IMG/VR virus record: IMGVR_UViG_3300010163_000009
Coordinates: 43,198-107,197 of that record
DNA from: a virus
Lineage: Duplodnaviria; Caudoviricetes
Strand: one strand, 5' to 3'
Length of the DNA stretch: 64,000 nt
In this document: positions 9,901 through 19,540 of the stretch, piece by piece
How positions within the stretch are numbered: the first letter of the stretch is position 1
Layout: every line of letters begins with the position of its first letter
Made by a program: the position numbers and the translations under genes
The notes under the pieces: model-generated
Database searches by the model: none
What the model was told of the DNA's origin: nothing
What the model saw: the letters and a program-made list of their open reading frames with translations, nothing else

Positions 9901-11175
9901 ATAATTGACGAGAACCAACATCGTTTGGCACAAATCCTTTATGGTAAGGCAACTGCTGAAGACGCTAAAAATTGGCGTGACACATTTGCCACTACATACG
10001 GACCTTCTTCATGGACACATTTGACTCGTCCAGACCAGTGGAACGAAGATACTGATGTAGCAAAATATTGGTCTGGAGAAGATATTGCTCAGTCTTATAT
10101 AGCTGCTCAACTCCTTTGGAAGTCAATGTACCAAATGGTAGAGGCTCAAAACGCCATTGTTGCGTTCAAAGAAAAAATAGCGAATGGCAATTTAACCGAG
10201 AATGATGTTGTTAAGGCTTTACGATGGGGAGACTATGATATTCTTGGTCAAACGCTTGTTGATTATAATCCGAACGACATTGCAGGGTGGTTCAGGAATC
10301 TCGGATACTTTGGTGATGGAATTTGGCGTGACCCGTCAGGAAGGGAGACACCGGAAGTTATGGCTCAGACCGCCGCAGGGCAAATGCAACGTCTTTTAGA
10401 TTCAATACAGAAACTTGGACTTGAAGCAGATCCTTCCACTCGGGCACTTCAGACATACGCCAATACGTTACTTACGTTAGCCCAATCGTTTATGGGTTCT
10501 AATGAAGCTCTGTCGGGTTCACATGAAGGTGAAATTAAAGAATTGAATGGACAAAAATGGCGTTGGAACGCTACTACAAAACAGTGGGAACTCGTTGATG
10601 ACAATAACCAACCTGCGCAAATTTCACAGGGATTGTTAGATCTGTCTAACAATATGAATAACTTGTTGACAACGGTACAAACTGTTAATTCCCAATGGCC
10701 AACGCTTTCTCCTATTATTTATCCTTCTAATGCAGATACAGGGTGGCGTTTCCCTTATGATTGGGGTACAGAGGGACAATATGGTTGGCAGACTCCGTGG
10801 AATAATGGGAGTCATTTGATACCCCCCTCAATGACTTACACTACAACAGGTATAACTATGACCCCTTTACAGATGGGTAATGCTATCGCCAAACCCAGTC
10901 TTCCAGGGGTAAAAAATGGTGCTGGAACTGATAGTAATGGTAAAGATGGGCATACGGGTACTAAAACATCTGATTATAAATCCCACCAGAAGGAGCGTGC
11001 TATTCCAAAACAAATTAATATCAATATTCAGAATTTGATGAATGTTGACTCAATTGACTTGACCAACGAAAATAACGTTGCCATAATCGATGAAATTAAA
11101 CGTAAAGTCGCCTATGCACTTTATGAAGCCGCCGCAGACGGTACAATGATGCTGAATGGCCTTGCAAATACATAA
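6940..11175 (+). CDS. Tail tape measure protein (TP901-type core)
   Basis: 1411 aa; TKFT..EVA.A..FLAMAG and LGDAGIKGSQAGTTMR motifs; hydrophobic Gly/Ala segments. Confidence 0.92.
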   Translation: MAGQTYQVNYIVNVDAANAQSAINSFKRAVASMDKATKPIIDLQNKVRGLVETMSALNRGKYSVKIDTRPATQKIGKLIRALQMAKAEVQQLNAMGVTLGGAGTKRKTTSRTTAASVGSSASRTRTTPSSSSRTATSSTRRYVSPIMKHPTNLGYKLWGPTPLPNNGGMAIDMLKGMGIAYGLAGAGMMVSNVVNQAAEYDNLMKTVENILKSHDTEEDFAGRFAQMTQTVRNVGMKTKFTVVEVADAARFLAMAGLNVNAIQQAISPIADIALVGDTELGKTADLVTNIMTAYNIAPNQMRNTADIMTNTFTMSNTTLTEIAEAYKYAASLLSAGKVPFEEATAAIGVLGDAGIKGSQAGTTMRTIMANIANPTKKQREAWDAIGVSRIDKNGKRKSLLQIFQELHDKNLDVDAYYNIFHKTAASGAVALAAHADKWETVYLENFLSGGMTRRLAEEKQNTFKGLVAQLESVFTDQGVTAFNGVQGILRGWMKSSINWMDPNKNPDAQKVFKEVANSLIEFIQVLIDASKWFVWFFDKFGRIVKTWAKFQLMIWPVVKAVTAFRSAFLGLLGLRKVSSVLIGFSSIFGNLNKKLLVLGTTLKQGGWFKQKIGGSIATFLGNTVPVAPPGNTSGVTQVSPFGFTTGMAGFAPLSYKQYMKAAKGLDLSRPHASTSGYYLNNIDNFGREAEVAAWNSGVYANRQAEDKAALNRYKQNQKTFNKRVRNMQIKNGLGGLGKMGLGTAGMMLGMHQMTKENANGWDVASGGLFAAAGMAAMVGGPVGWIAAAGLALGALGSSLMSFNQNLNALSDFVNSFSRSHQLLDGALLNGNTRTERYLEFIWRKNYDINDLIQRRIELMKELLGIETPNATTTKDVGNEVYKTMYEKFYAADSLWGSSPAASRAAELFNKYGKEFGLSIDKRTETYLTGYDRYGRPMYNSRTYWGYKDAEGNIIKFNNPDGTSDANDAVMYDVAAAMEMLHGQYRSKIIDENQHRLAQILYGKATAEDAKNWRDTFATTYGPSSWTHLTRPDQWNEDTDVAKYWSGEDIAQSYIAAQLLWKSMYQMVEAQNAIVAFKEKIANGNLTENDVVKALRWGDYDILGQTLVDYNPNDIAGWFRNLGYFGDGIWRDPSGRETPEVMAQTAAGQMQRLLDSIQKLGLEADPSTRALQTYANTLLTLAQSFMGSNEALSGSHEGEIKELNGQKWRWNATTKQWELVDDNNQPAQISQGLLDLSNNMNNLLTTVQTVNSQWPTLSPIIYPSNADTGWRFPYDWGTEGQYGWQTPWNNGSHLIPPSMTYTTTGITMTPLQMGNAIAKPSLPGVKNGAGTDSNGKDGHTGTKTSDYKSHQKERAIPKQININIQNLMNVDSIDLTNENNVAIIDEIKRKVAYALYEAAADGTMMLNGLANT

Positions 11176-11178
11176 TAT

Positions 11179-12294
11179 ATGGGTTACTTTAACAGTGTAT
11201 GGTCTAACCTTGTTTTCAATACAGGAAATGCGACCTCTCAATTTGTAAATAGTCTTAACTGGCGCTATCAAAACATGCAAGGGGGGATTGAGTATGTGTC
11301 CCAATCCGCCTACAAAAGTGTTTTGGTTCATATAGCCAAGCAACTTGCCATGTCAACTTTGGAAGGAGAGTTAAACAGTCTTCTTCCAAAGTATGAGAAG
11401 TACGCTCGTGATAAGATGAGGGATGCGATGCGTGTTCAACAAGATGCGAATCGTAAGGTTCTCATTAACAATGGCAAAAAATCAACTGAAGATTTCGGAT
11501 TTATTATATGCGAGGGTGGTCACAAACTTATCGCAAAGACAAAATATGGCACTCCGGTTCCAGAAGCACTTATTCTGTCGTTTGATGGCCAAGAGAAAGT
11601 ACATTATGAAGATGTGTTATGGGATGAAAATTCAGTTGAATCTTATACTATAAAGAAAAAGAGTACACTTGAAAAGCTATGGAATCCCGGCAATGAAATT
11701 GAACACACATCTCAGTCTTACAAATCAGATCCTTTTGATACAAAGACCGTGTTTCATATAGACCTTGCGCCAAAAGTTTCAATGAGCAGTAATAAAAATG
11801 TCATTCTTACGCAAGTACAAGGCAGGGATTTTACTCGAAAAGAACTTGTGTCAGGTGGAGATATGACTTATACTATTAGCGGCTCTATCGTTTCAAATGA
11901 TGAAGGTGTGTACCCTACTGAAGCCGTGAAACGCTTTGTGAAAATCATGCAATACAATGGCGTGGTTAATGTTAACTTTATTACATTCGGATTGCTTGGC
12001 GTTACTCGCGTTATTATTAAGGATTTCTCGCTGGATTCCATTGAATATAAAAATATTCAACCTTATAGTTTTACATGTGTAGCTGTAGAGCCTGACGATG
12101 CCATAAGTCTTCAGGCCGATACAATTGCGACTATTAATAAAGACCTTGCGGATTCAAAATGGGACACTTGGTATAAATCTATTCTTGATAACAAATTGGC
12201 ACAAATGGCTGCTAAGACAGCTTTGAATGTTGCAACAAGTGCGGCGACATCTTCAGCTGGTGCCGGACTGGATGAATTACTTCCTAATATTTAA
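11179..12294 (+). CDS. Tail tube initiator/baseplate-proximal protein
   Basis: Follows the tape measure gene; KNVILTQVQGRD.TRKELVSGGD motif. Confidence 0.6.
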   Translation: MGYFNSVWSNLVFNTGNATSQFVNSLNWRYQNMQGGIEYVSQSAYKSVLVHIAKQLAMSTLEGELNSLLPKYEKYARDKMRDAMRVQQDANRKVLINNGKKSTEDFGFIICEGGHKLIAKTKYGTPVPEALILSFDGQEKVHYEDVLWDENSVESYTIKKKSTLEKLWNPGNEIEHTSQSYKSDPFDTKTVFHIDLAPKVSMSSNKNVILTQVQGRDFTRKELVSGGDMTYTISGSIVSNDEGVYPTEAVKRFVKIMQYNGVVNVNFITFGLLGVTRVIIKDFSLDSIEYKNIQPYSFTCVAVEPDDAISLQADTIATINKDLADSKWDTWYKSILDNKLAQMAAKTALNVATSAATSSAGAGLDELLPNI

Positions 12295-12304
12295 TTAGTA
12301 TAGT

Positions 12305-13786
12305 ATGGCAGATTTTGATACAAATAAACAACCTGGTTATCACATTCTCATTTCTCTAATCGAAGTGTGGACACCGAAGGATAAGAAGAAGCCAAATGGC
12401 GATGTGAATGGTGATATTATGCGCATTTGTGAAGTCGAAGATGTTCAAATCGAAGAATCATTCAAAAAACTGATTGGTACTGCTTCGGTGCGTTTTCCGC
12501 GTGGTACCATTATTCGCAAAACAGTTACCGCCAGAACAGCAGAGGAAGAGAAAGACTTTCAGAAAATCAGTGCCAACCTTTCAAATAGTGGTGTTGTTGA
12601 GGAAACTCGTACAGAAACTTCTGTGGCATCCGTTAACACGTTCAAAGTAGGTCAGCGTATAAAGATTTATCTTGGCTACACAACTGATCCGCTGGTAGCA
12701 GAGATGGCTAAAACAGGAAATACGGGTAAAACCATTTATAATGATAACGACACGTATCAAGAATACTTGTCCAATTTCAAGAATACCGGCCCAGACTCAA
12801 AGAAGTATATGAGTCTGATGTTTGATGGGTACATTACAAAAGTTAGTTTGGACACTCCAATTGAACTGGAGTGTGAAAACCTTGCCAGTTATCTGAAAAC
12901 CATATCTTGCCCGAAAGTCAAGCTCAAAAAATGTGAAGTGAAAGATTTTCTTGGGGATAAAGGACAATATAGGATGCTCCAAGATACAGGTTTGATATTG
13001 CATCCAGATACAGCAGGGATGGATTTTGACCTTGGAGCTGTCGAATTGAGTACTGATTTGACCGTGGCTGATGTGTTAGCAGAATGGGCAAAATATGGTC
13101 TATTCTGTTATGTCAGTGATTATAACGGGCAGCCAGCCATTCAGATTGGGCGAGCTTATTTTTCAAATCCCGGAAAAGATTCATTGTTGAATGCGACAAC
13201 CACTCCTGTTGTAGTACCTATTCATTTTGATTATCATGTAGCAAATAATGGGTTGACATTGACATCTTCCGATAAAAATTTTTTGGCTGTTCAGGCAAAA
13301 GGTATATCGTCGGATGATAAGTTTATCAATATTACCATTTTGCGAAATCCTAAATATGACTCGGCAAAAGAAGAGTCTAAGAGTAATTCGCGTTATCGCT
13401 ATGTTAATGAAACTAAGTTGAGCAAGAAAGCTTTGAAAGCTGGCAAGAGATACTTGACTGATGCCCCCAATGATAAAGTAGATATGAAGTTATACACACA
13501 AATTGCTTTTGTATCTAAAACCATTCCGACAACAATCGAAAAGTTATCAGAGGAGGCAATAAAGTATTTTGAAGGGTATAATATGACAGGAATCGAAGGC
13601 TCGTTGACCTTGTTTGGTGATTTATATATCCGTACAGCTCAACAAGTTCAGTTTATTGATAACAGATACCCTGGGAAGAATGGTATTTATTTAGTTGAAG
13701 AGGTAACTACAACCTTTGGCACAGATGGTTTCCGTCAAAGAATTACATTGCCATATTGCATTAAGCGAGAAGGCAACAAAGAGTAA
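12305..13786 (+). CDS. Baseplate hub protein (P2 gpD/Mu gpP-like)
   Basis: KVGQRIKIYLGY, FDGYI and GIYLVEEVTTTFG..GFRQ motifs. Confidence 0.75.
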   Translation: MADFDTNKQPGYHILISLIEVWTPKDKKKPNGDVNGDIMRICEVEDVQIEESFKKLIGTASVRFPRGTIIRKTVTARTAEEEKDFQKISANLSNSGVVEETRTETSVASVNTFKVGQRIKIYLGYTTDPLVAEMAKTGNTGKTIYNDNDTYQEYLSNFKNTGPDSKKYMSLMFDGYITKVSLDTPIELECENLASYLKTISCPKVKLKKCEVKDFLGDKGQYRMLQDTGLILHPDTAGMDFDLGAVELSTDLTVADVLAEWAKYGLFCYVSDYNGQPAIQIGRAYFSNPGKDSLLNATTTPVVVPIHFDYHVANNGLTLTSSDKNFLAVQAKGISSDDKFINITILRNPKYDSAKEESKSNSRYRYVNETKLSKKALKAGKRYLTDAPNDKVDMKLYTQIAFVSKTIPTTIEKLSEEAIKYFEGYNMTGIEGSLTLFGDLYIRTAQQVQFIDNRYPGKNGIYLVEEVTTTFGTDGFRQRITLPYCIKREGNKE

Positions 13787-13795
13787 AAAATAACT

Positions 13796-14770
13796 ATGAA
13801 CGATAAGAAAAAGTATCTGACAGACCATTCATCAAACGAAATGATACGCGAGGCTATACGTTCTATAGCTTTAAAAGGTATTGTTAATCGTCAGACAGGC
13901 GCTGTTCGTGGTACATCAAAAGTAACAGGATTCGTCTCCAAAATTCACACAGATGAAAGCGATGAACTGTTCGGAACTATAGATGTGCAAGAATATGCAG
14001 ATTGGTCTGTTGCTGAGTCTGAAGATGCCAAAATCGGCTATCACGAAGGTGTGTTACTGACCGCCATTCAGAAAGATAATCAAGGATATATCATAATTCC
14101 AAAGCTTCATTCGGATGTGCTGGTAAGTAAAGACCCTGAGACGGGCAACGAATATGTAACGATGTTTTCTCATGTAGATCTTATCCAGCTTGATTCTCAC
14201 GAAAAAATTTCTATTGGAGTCAGAGAGCGTGAAGAATATAAACCGGATGATGAGAACGCACCGGATATTCACGAATTGGAATTGACCGGTGTTCAGACGA
14301 ATACTACCTACGAAAAAGATAAGATCGTAACAACCGTTCAAGGCGAAGATGATGAAAACAAGGTTTATCAAACAATCGACAGCACCCAGATAGCTCAGGT
14401 TGTAGGAGATAATAAAACATCTTCAACTATGACCCAAGACGGTTTGAATATTACACATGATAAGACGAAGCTGGATTTAAATGATGACGAGGCAACTTTG
14501 AATCAGGGCAAATCAAAAGTCAAAGTGACGGATGGTATAGTTTACTTGGGCAGTGATAGCGGAACAGATGACGCTGTGCTTGGTCAACAGTTAGCAACTA
14601 TTTTATCAGACCTCGTTGGCTACCTCGGACAAATGATGACTCCGACAATGATGGGACCACAACCGCCGGCCAACGTCCTTGCAAGTTTTATCTCGCTGAA
14701 GGCAAAAATACAGTCATTTGCTTCCAGTCATAGTGGATTCCTAACGAATAAAGTTCAAATTCAGAAATAG
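13796..14770 (+). CDS. Baseplate spike protein (gpV/gp5-like)
   Basis: OB-like N-terminus (IIPKLHSDVLV), beta-repeat region, and AVLG..L..IL C-terminus; follows the hub gene. Confidence 0.65.
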   Translation: MNDKKKYLTDHSSNEMIREAIRSIALKGIVNRQTGAVRGTSKVTGFVSKIHTDESDELFGTIDVQEYADWSVAESEDAKIGYHEGVLLTAIQKDNQGYIIIPKLHSDVLVSKDPETGNEYVTMFSHVDLIQLDSHEKISIGVREREEYKPDDENAPDIHELELTGVQTNTTYEKDKIVTTVQGEDDENKVYQTIDSTQIAQVVGDNKTSSTMTQDGLNITHDKTKLDLNDDEATLNQGKSKVKVTDGIVYLGSDSGTDDAVLGQQLATILSDLVGYLGQMMTPTMMGPQPPANVLASFISLKAKIQSFASSHSGFLTNKVQIQK

Positions 14771-14772
14771 TT

Positions 14773-16605
14773 ATGGCAGACGCACAGCTCAATTTTAACG
14801 AGGAAGAACTTGATGAAAAAAGTGACTTATATCATTTGTATGACAGGCTTTATCAGGGGATGGTGAAAGCTAATGAGATTGATCCTCCAACTTTTCCATC
14901 TTCTGAAGATTTGCTTGTTTTGGATGGCAACGGTAATCCGGTTTTCGATTCTAACGGAGAGCCGGTACTTGATCAAGACAAGAAGGAGGAAGTAGATAAG
15001 GCAGCATCGAATTATTCTACCATTCTGATGAAAAACTCTGCATATCTTTTCGCCAATTCCATTTTATCTGTTATGAGCGGTGGAGGTGGAAATGAAGGTG
15101 TAGAAACTATAGGTTTTGTATCTCGTGGTGGTGATTCAATGAAAGGGGCGTTGTCTGCATGGTATGGCTTTGATGCAGGTGTAAACGGACAAAAGATATT
15201 TGAGGTTTCTATTGATGCAGATGAGAAGAAATGGGCTATCGTTCATGGAGGCTTTCAAGTCAAAGGCGATGCTGATATTACCGGAATATTGAATTTTGGA
15301 GATGGCATTGCATTTGGCAATAACAAAACAATTTATTTAGATAATGATTCGCTTATCATAGAACGTCAAAAAATATCTATGAAAGGCGACATTATGGTTG
15401 ACGGCACCTTCAAATTGGGAGATGTTATCATTAATAAAAACGGTATTTTCTGGGATAAATATGAGTTTTATCATTCTGATAATTCTAATAAGTCCGATGT
15501 GGACTGGACAATGAAAGATGCCAATATACATGGCAATTTGTCAGTCAAGCAAAATGCTTCAGTAGATGGTACCCTTTCTGTTGACGGTGGTTTCTCTTTG
15601 GGAACCATACAGAAGAATTTGCTTTATTCTGAAACGATAGACCAAATTGAAGAAGATGGTAATGTAACCTCAATAGCTCGCACCGTTCTTGATTCTGATT
15701 TGCGAATCATTAACGGTCATGGAATCAAATTCGATGAAGACTATATCATAAATGTACGTAATAGTCAGGTAGTGTCATTTTCAGCTCCTGGAATGATAAT
15801 GAATCTGGGAGATAGCGACAATGGAAAGCAGACAGGCAAAATATCACTTCAGTCGGATATTTGGGATTACTCAAACAATTTCAAACTTGTTTCTAAAGAA
15901 GGTACAGGAAACTTTGTTAATGGGCTAAGGGCGCAATGCGCAGTAAATGGCTCTTCTGTACTGGAAACGTTTCGCACAGATACCGATAATTTGGGTGTTT
16001 TGTTTCCTAAGCAAATCCGCTTTGGTACTACCGATGGACCGGCTATTTATCAAGATACAGATACTGGAGGATTGAATATTCAAATACCTTATGTCAACGG
16101 TGAGGCCGAAGGGTATCCAACTGAGCAATTAAAGTTTAACACGTTTTTTGCTCAGACTACTTCTCCATTTAGAAACCAAGCGTTAGACTGGTCTGCAACG
16201 CTTCATTTTATGACTGATGGTGAGTTCTTTGCTTTTGACAAGCCTATTGAAGCGGAATATTTTGCAATAAAAAGTGAGCAATATCACACCAGACTGATTG
16301 AAGATGCTCTATTCTTTGATGACGGAAAGTTCATTGAAGGAGTAGTTGATGGTCTCCGGTATTCAGGTAACGGGTACTTTGACGGAAATATTTCATCACC
16401 CAGTTTTGCAAGCGGCTTTGCAGGTTACGGGTGGGCTGTCAAATATGAGATTACCAATGGCGGTTTTCATGCTACTGTTGATTCTCTCACTGTTCGCAAG
16501 AAAATGAGAGTATATGAACTGGAAGTCCAAAAAAATTCAGTTACAAATGGTTCTCTGTGGGTAAGTGATAGTTGCTCAGGAGACGAGGTTATAGCAATAG
16601 AGTAA
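14773..16605 (+). CDS. Tail/baseplate-associated structural protein
   Basis: 610 aa, beta-rich; FASGFAGYGW...DSLTVRKKMRVYELEVQK motif typical of Bacteroidales phage tail proteins. Confidence 0.6.
   Translation: MADAQLNFNEEELDEKSDLYHLYDRLYQGMVKANEIDPPTFPSSEDLLVLDGNGNPVFDSNGEPVLDQDKKEEVDKAASNYSTILMKNSAYLFANSILSVMSGGGGNEGVETIGFVSRGGDSMKGALSAWYGFDAGVNGQKIFEVSIDADEKKWAIVHGGFQVKGDADITGILNFGDGIAFGNNKTIYLDNDSLIIERQKISMKGDIMVDGTFKLGDVIINKNGIFWDKYEFYHSDNSNKSDVDWTMKDANIHGNLSVKQNASVDGTLSVDGGFSLGTIQKNLLYSETIDQIEEDGNVTSIARTVLDSDLRIINGHGIKFDEDYIINVRNSQVVSFSAPGMIMNLGDSDNGKQTGKISLQSDIWDYSNNFKLVSKEGTGNFVNGLRAQCAVNGSSVLETFRTDTDNLGVLFPKQIRFGTTDGPAIYQDTDTGGLNIQIPYVNGEAEGYPTEQLKFNTFFAQTTSPFRNQALDWSATLHFMTDGEFFAFDKPIEAEYFAIKSEQYHTRLIEDALFFDDGKFIEGVVDGLRYSGNGYFDGNISSPSFASGFAGYGWAVKYEITNGGFHATVDSLTVRKKMRVYELEVQKNSVTNGSLWVSDSCSGDEVIAIE
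16284..16316 (+). promoter_or_regulatory. Putative internal late promoter
   Basis: CACACC ending 16290, N18, CTATTCTT 16309-16316, about 290 nt upstream of the next gene. Confidence 0.55.
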
Positions 16606-19133
16606 TGGCAGCACCGGTAAAACTGGGAAAATACCAAATACTGATAGCCCCGGATTCGAAGAAGGTTCAGGGTTTACGAACAGGTGATATTGTGCGTCGT
16701 CAATATTTTGATGGTGCTAATATCATTTATTCGCTTATGTGTGTATTGTCGTATGGCACAACGAAGCGGTTCTACACAGAGGCGCAATACGATTCTAATG
16801 GAGAACCGATATTCAATCCAGACGGCACTATAGTTACTCAAAACGTTGAGAAAGATGTTCCTTATTTTATAGGCGCTCTCCTTGAAGGTGATGCTCCAAA
16901 GACTAAAGAACTGCTTGATTTTGCCAGAATAACAAATCTTTTTGATGCTGACCGGTCTGGGGCACTGTATCTTACTGCATCTGACGATAATGCTCCTTTC
17001 ATGGATATTATCGATGGGATTGGTCGCAATAAAAGCTTGTGCTGGCCGGAAAACATTGCCAGTGATGCTTTTGAAGATTCACATTCTCAGTATATTGTGA
17101 GAGGAAATGGTTTAACTCAACTTTACAAAGGTAGCGACGGTGATCATAATCGTATTGTTCGTTTGACTCGGAGTGAAACTTCTACAGGTTTTTGTGGGTT
17201 AAACCAAGATTTTTATGAATTGGTTGCAGCACAGAAACGAGTACTTGTTTCCTATAAAGCAAGGGCTAATAAGGCTGTAATGGTTAATGCTGAAATTGGT
17301 TATTCTGTTGGTGACGTAAAAGATGCAGAATGGACTGAAGATCTGGCTGAAGACTGGCATTATTATTTCCAGGCTATCAATGTTCTTAATTCAGGAAGAC
17401 ATCTTCGTACATTTAAACTCGATTTGCAAAATTTAGGTGTAAACGACTGGGTTGAGATCGCTGACTTTAACATTATATTGTTGGATAGCATTTCTAATTT
17501 TGGAGATGCCACTTCTATGCGTATAGGCAAGCTGGAAGGAGTTAATGACCCTGTATTTGGTACACTCACAGGTTATGGAGCTTATATTCAAAAACTGTAT
17601 GCTTCACAGACTGCACATATATCCGGTACGCTGACTGCCGGAGATGAAAATGGATTTGCTTCCACATTTTATGCCGGTAAGATTCATCGTAATTGTTTTA
17701 GGAACTCGTGTGATGTCAATTTTTTGAGTGACATTACAATTGATAATGATACGCTTTTGAATCCGACAGGCATGGGTAATGTGTACAAGACGATGAACTC
17801 CAGCGAATTGATTATGTTCGCTCAGAGCAGAAGTTGGCTAAATGACCATGCAAAAAAAAGGTATTGCTTTTCGTTATGGGGATATACCAAAAAGCCATGC
17901 CAGATTGGGATTAAGCAGAACGGTAAAGTCGTTGGAACGATACAAATAGCATCAGATCAATGTCACGAATGGCGGCGGCTTCATGTATTCTTTGACTTGC
18001 TTATACCGGAAAAATATACAGATGACCTATTGATAAGTCTAATACCGACATTCACCAGTTCTATATATCAATCAGTAGCTGGTAGTATCAACCCAGATGA
18101 ACAGGTATTGTTTCTAACTGCACCTCAGTTAGAGTCTGGTGAATATTGTACACAATATCAGCCGACCGATGATATTCTGAATGAAACTAATGATTATGGC
18201 GCATGGTTTGCCCGCGGTGGCATTGGAGGTACAATTCAGAACCCATTGCTTAGGTTGAATTACGATGGAACAGGAGCTATTGATACACGAACAAATTCGT
18301 TCAGGCTCAATCAAGACGGATCTGGTTATCTTGCTAATGAAAATATTAAATGGAATCCTGATGGAAAGGTCACATTCGGTAAAGATGTTACTTTGAATTG
18401 GGATAATCTCTCCGATGACGCTCAAAATGAAATGGCAAACCGATATATGCGAATCCTTGGGCAAGACACTTTTACCATTATAGGTCAAGAAGATACAACT
18501 AATGGTAAAACTTGTAGCCCGTCTTCAATTGTAATGACACTTGAAGAAGTTGGCTTTTCATCTGCATCCAGTCAACGTCAATGGTATTTGCAAGTCGGAG
18601 ATGAATGGATAGCAATACCTGGAGCGAATGGAAAATCATTGGAGGTGTTTCCGGATTCTTGTTACTGGCTTGGATATGTAACAGATCCTCCTGAAACTGA
18701 TGTTAATGGGAACCCGATTACTTATCATGGTGAGAGCAGAGTCTCTTTTCAGTGTGTTATCAAGTTAAATGATTCACGAACCTACACAGACACCTTCAAC
18801 ATTATAAAACAATATGTTCAGGGATATACGGTACAGGTCACATCGTCTAAAGGGAATGCTTTTCAGAATGGAGTTTGCTCTACCGTTCTGACGGCCACTG
18901 TTTATTATCAAGGACAGCCAGTAAATTTGGAGTATGCGTTGGAGCATTTTACGTTCACATGGCACCGATATAAAGATAATGACCTCACTACTGATCTTGG
19001 ATTTGAAGACCTTGATGCTACCGATGGCGACAATGTGTTGACATTAAACTATGAGATGGACGGCACCGATGTCTTTGTGTGTGAGATTGGACTTGCAGAC
19101 CATTTCGATTATTCATTTCCTATAATTTTCTAA
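16605..19133 (+). CDS. Tail-associated protein with carbohydrate-binding-like and Ig-like segments
   Basis: Start moved to the ATG of the TAATG overlap (MAAPV...); RIGKLEG...GYGAY motif; CBM-like W-x-R/Y segments and PQLESG motif. Confidence 0.6.
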   Translation: MAAPVKLGKYQILIAPDSKKVQGLRTGDIVRRQYFDGANIIYSLMCVLSYGTTKRFYTEAQYDSNGEPIFNPDGTIVTQNVEKDVPYFIGALLEGDAPKTKELLDFARITNLFDADRSGALYLTASDDNAPFMDIIDGIGRNKSLCWPENIASDAFEDSHSQYIVRGNGLTQLYKGSDGDHNRIVRLTRSETSTGFCGLNQDFYELVAAQKRVLVSYKARANKAVMVNAEIGYSVGDVKDAEWTEDLAEDWHYYFQAINVLNSGRHLRTFKLDLQNLGVNDWVEIADFNIILLDSISNFGDATSMRIGKLEGVNDPVFGTLTGYGAYIQKLYASQTAHISGTLTAGDENGFASTFYAGKIHRNCFRNSCDVNFLSDITIDNDTLLNPTGMGNVYKTMNSSELIMFAQSRSWLNDHAKKRYCFSLWGYTKKPCQIGIKQNGKVVGTIQIASDQCHEWRRLHVFFDLLIPEKYTDDLLISLIPTFTSSIYQSVAGSINPDEQVLFLTAPQLESGEYCTQYQPTDDILNETNDYGAWFARGGIGGTIQNPLLRLNYDGTGAIDTRTNSFRLNQDGSGYLANENIKWNPDGKVTFGKDVTLNWDNLSDDAQNEMANRYMRILGQDTFTIIGQEDTTNGKTCSPSSIVMTLEEVGFSSASSQRQWYLQVGDEWIAIPGANGKSLEVFPDSCYWLGYVTDPPETDVNGNPITYHGESRVSFQCVIKLNDSRTYTDTFNIIKQYVQGYTVQVTSSKGNAFQNGVCSTVLTATVYYQGQPVNLEYALEHFTFTWHRYKDNDLTTDLGFEDLDATDGDNVLTLNYEMDGTDVFVCEIGLADHFDYSFPIIF

Positions 19134-19137
19134 CAAT

Positions 19138-19359
19138 ATGGCAATGGACAAACTTACTATAGGTACGAAGACCGCCAATCAAGGGGTCAATGCGAATGGA
19201 AAATTAACAGCTGTTGAGTTCAATCAGTTGGTTTCCAAAGTAAACGAAATGATTGAGTCTCTAAATTCAAAGGTATATGTCTCTCAAGAAGAGTATGACG
19301 CATTAGTAGCTAACAACCAAATAATTGATACAGTAGAATATAACGTGTACGAAGAATGA
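19138..19359 (+). CDS. Small tail-fibre-associated protein
   Basis: 73 aa; LTAVEFNQLV and SQEEYDAL motifs. Confidence 0.55.
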   Translation: MAMDKLTIGTKTANQGVNANGKLTAVEFNQLVSKVNEMIESLNSKVYVSQEEYDALVANNQIIDTVEYNVYEE

Positions 19360-19529
19360 TTACAAAAAACAACATAGAGCTCACTGCCAGATATTATGGA
19401 TTGAAAACCATATCAGCTGTTTATAGAGGAACAAGACTGATATGGGAGGCTATCAACAGTTGTTTTGGCAGTGGGTATTGGGTTCGAGAAAAAGCCTGGA
19501 GCAATACTGACTCTTGGCGTAACAACTAA
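19356..19529 (+). CDS. Small Trp-rich hypothetical protein (57 aa), absent from ORF track
   Basis: ATGA overlap with the upstream gene; MITKNNIELTARYYGLKTISAVYRGTRLIWEAINSCFGSGYWVREKAWSNTDSWRNN*; ends 11 nt before the DGR target gene. Confidence 0.7.
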   Translation: MITKNNIELTARYYGLKTISAVYRGTRLIWEAINSCFGSGYWVREKAWSNTDSWRNN

Positions 19530-19540
19530 TAAATACGAGT

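Noticed and set aside
12179-12186. Additional CTATTCTT copy
   Set aside because: There is no CC box 17-18 nt upstream and it lies in coding sequence; treated as chance.
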